From Amphiscolops sp. MND2022 (taxonomy: Eukaryota), in assembly GCA_964187785.1 (NCBI GenBank), contig OZ076409.1, forward strand, positions 79,300,001 to 79,364,000: a stretch of DNA of 64,000 bases, read 5' to 3'. Every line of letters starts with the position of its first letter. Positions within the stretch are counted from its first letter, which is position 1. Position numbers and translations under genes: made by a program. The notes beneath the pieces were generated by a model. The model saw nothing but the letters and a program-made list of their open reading frames with translations. It was not told the origin of the DNA and ran no database searches. This document shows positions 63,533 to 64,000 of this stretch, piece after piece.

Positions 63533-63811
63533 TGTGATAATCCTCACCTAGGCTCTCTGCATCAGACTCTTCGTCTGAATGTATAGTTACGTCTACATCT
63601 GATTCAGCTCGAAACAAAGGCTTTGCAGGATGTCTAAGATCTTTCATTTTAGAAGCCCTAAGAGGATAATCGTCATTTTCAGAATCAGAATTTCCAATGT
63701 TTGATGCGTGAACTCCATTAGACCTATCTATTTTGGATCCCGACGGTTGCTGATCTCTGTTTTCGTTAATTTCTGACCTTGGATTTGTTGCCGTAGAAGC
63801 GCTTTTGTTAG
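63533..63811 (-). repeat. Truncated LTR end from a family related to E4
   Basis: Minus strand ends GAGGATTATCACA like the E4 LTR and shares GGGATCCAAAA and CTTC(A/T)AAAATGAAAGA blocks; no PBS follows. Confidence 0.7.
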
Positions 63812-64000
63812 ACTGCTGATCAAAAAGTTTTTAAAACTTGGAATAATCTTGCAAGACTGTCGAGGTTTACAATGAAAACTCCACACAATGACCTAAACTG
63901 TAGATTTTATTAGGATGAATAAAAAGTGTCGTAAATCGATATTTTCGAGAAAAGCAAACTTGCCAATTGCGCTGTTTGTTTTCTGAAAATTTGCCATGTT

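Overview
Eukaryotic, AT-rich, transposon-dense DNA (probably invertebrate animal; inference) with GT-AG introns. Three large related Ty3/gypsy LTR retrotransposons dominate: E1 (<1-10932, minus), E2 (10933-26102, plus; E1 is inserted in its 5' LTR) and E5 (42796-59156, minus, TSD AGTAG). Also present: a short-LTR gypsy element E3 (30144-36034, TSD ATGGG) inside a decayed Tc1/mariner transposase; a non-autonomous LTR element E4 (38701-42478, TSD CCACA) inside a MITE with tandem-repeat TIRs; a hAT fossil; a 184-bp palindrome; a tRNA-like SINE head; and one probable host terminal exon. Main discovery: E1, E2 and E5 each carry, between pol and the 3' LTR, an antisense, multi-intron gene (~1120 aa in E2). 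The three genes are homologous and share intron positions. They resemble a hAT DNA transposase that kept its BED-like zinc finger but lost the DDE catalytic residues. These elements also start Gag 107-214 codons inside the LTR and read through the PBS, where the LTR-CA/PBS-TGG junction makes an in-frame ATG (MVTG). All alignments were made by eye; no database searches were run.
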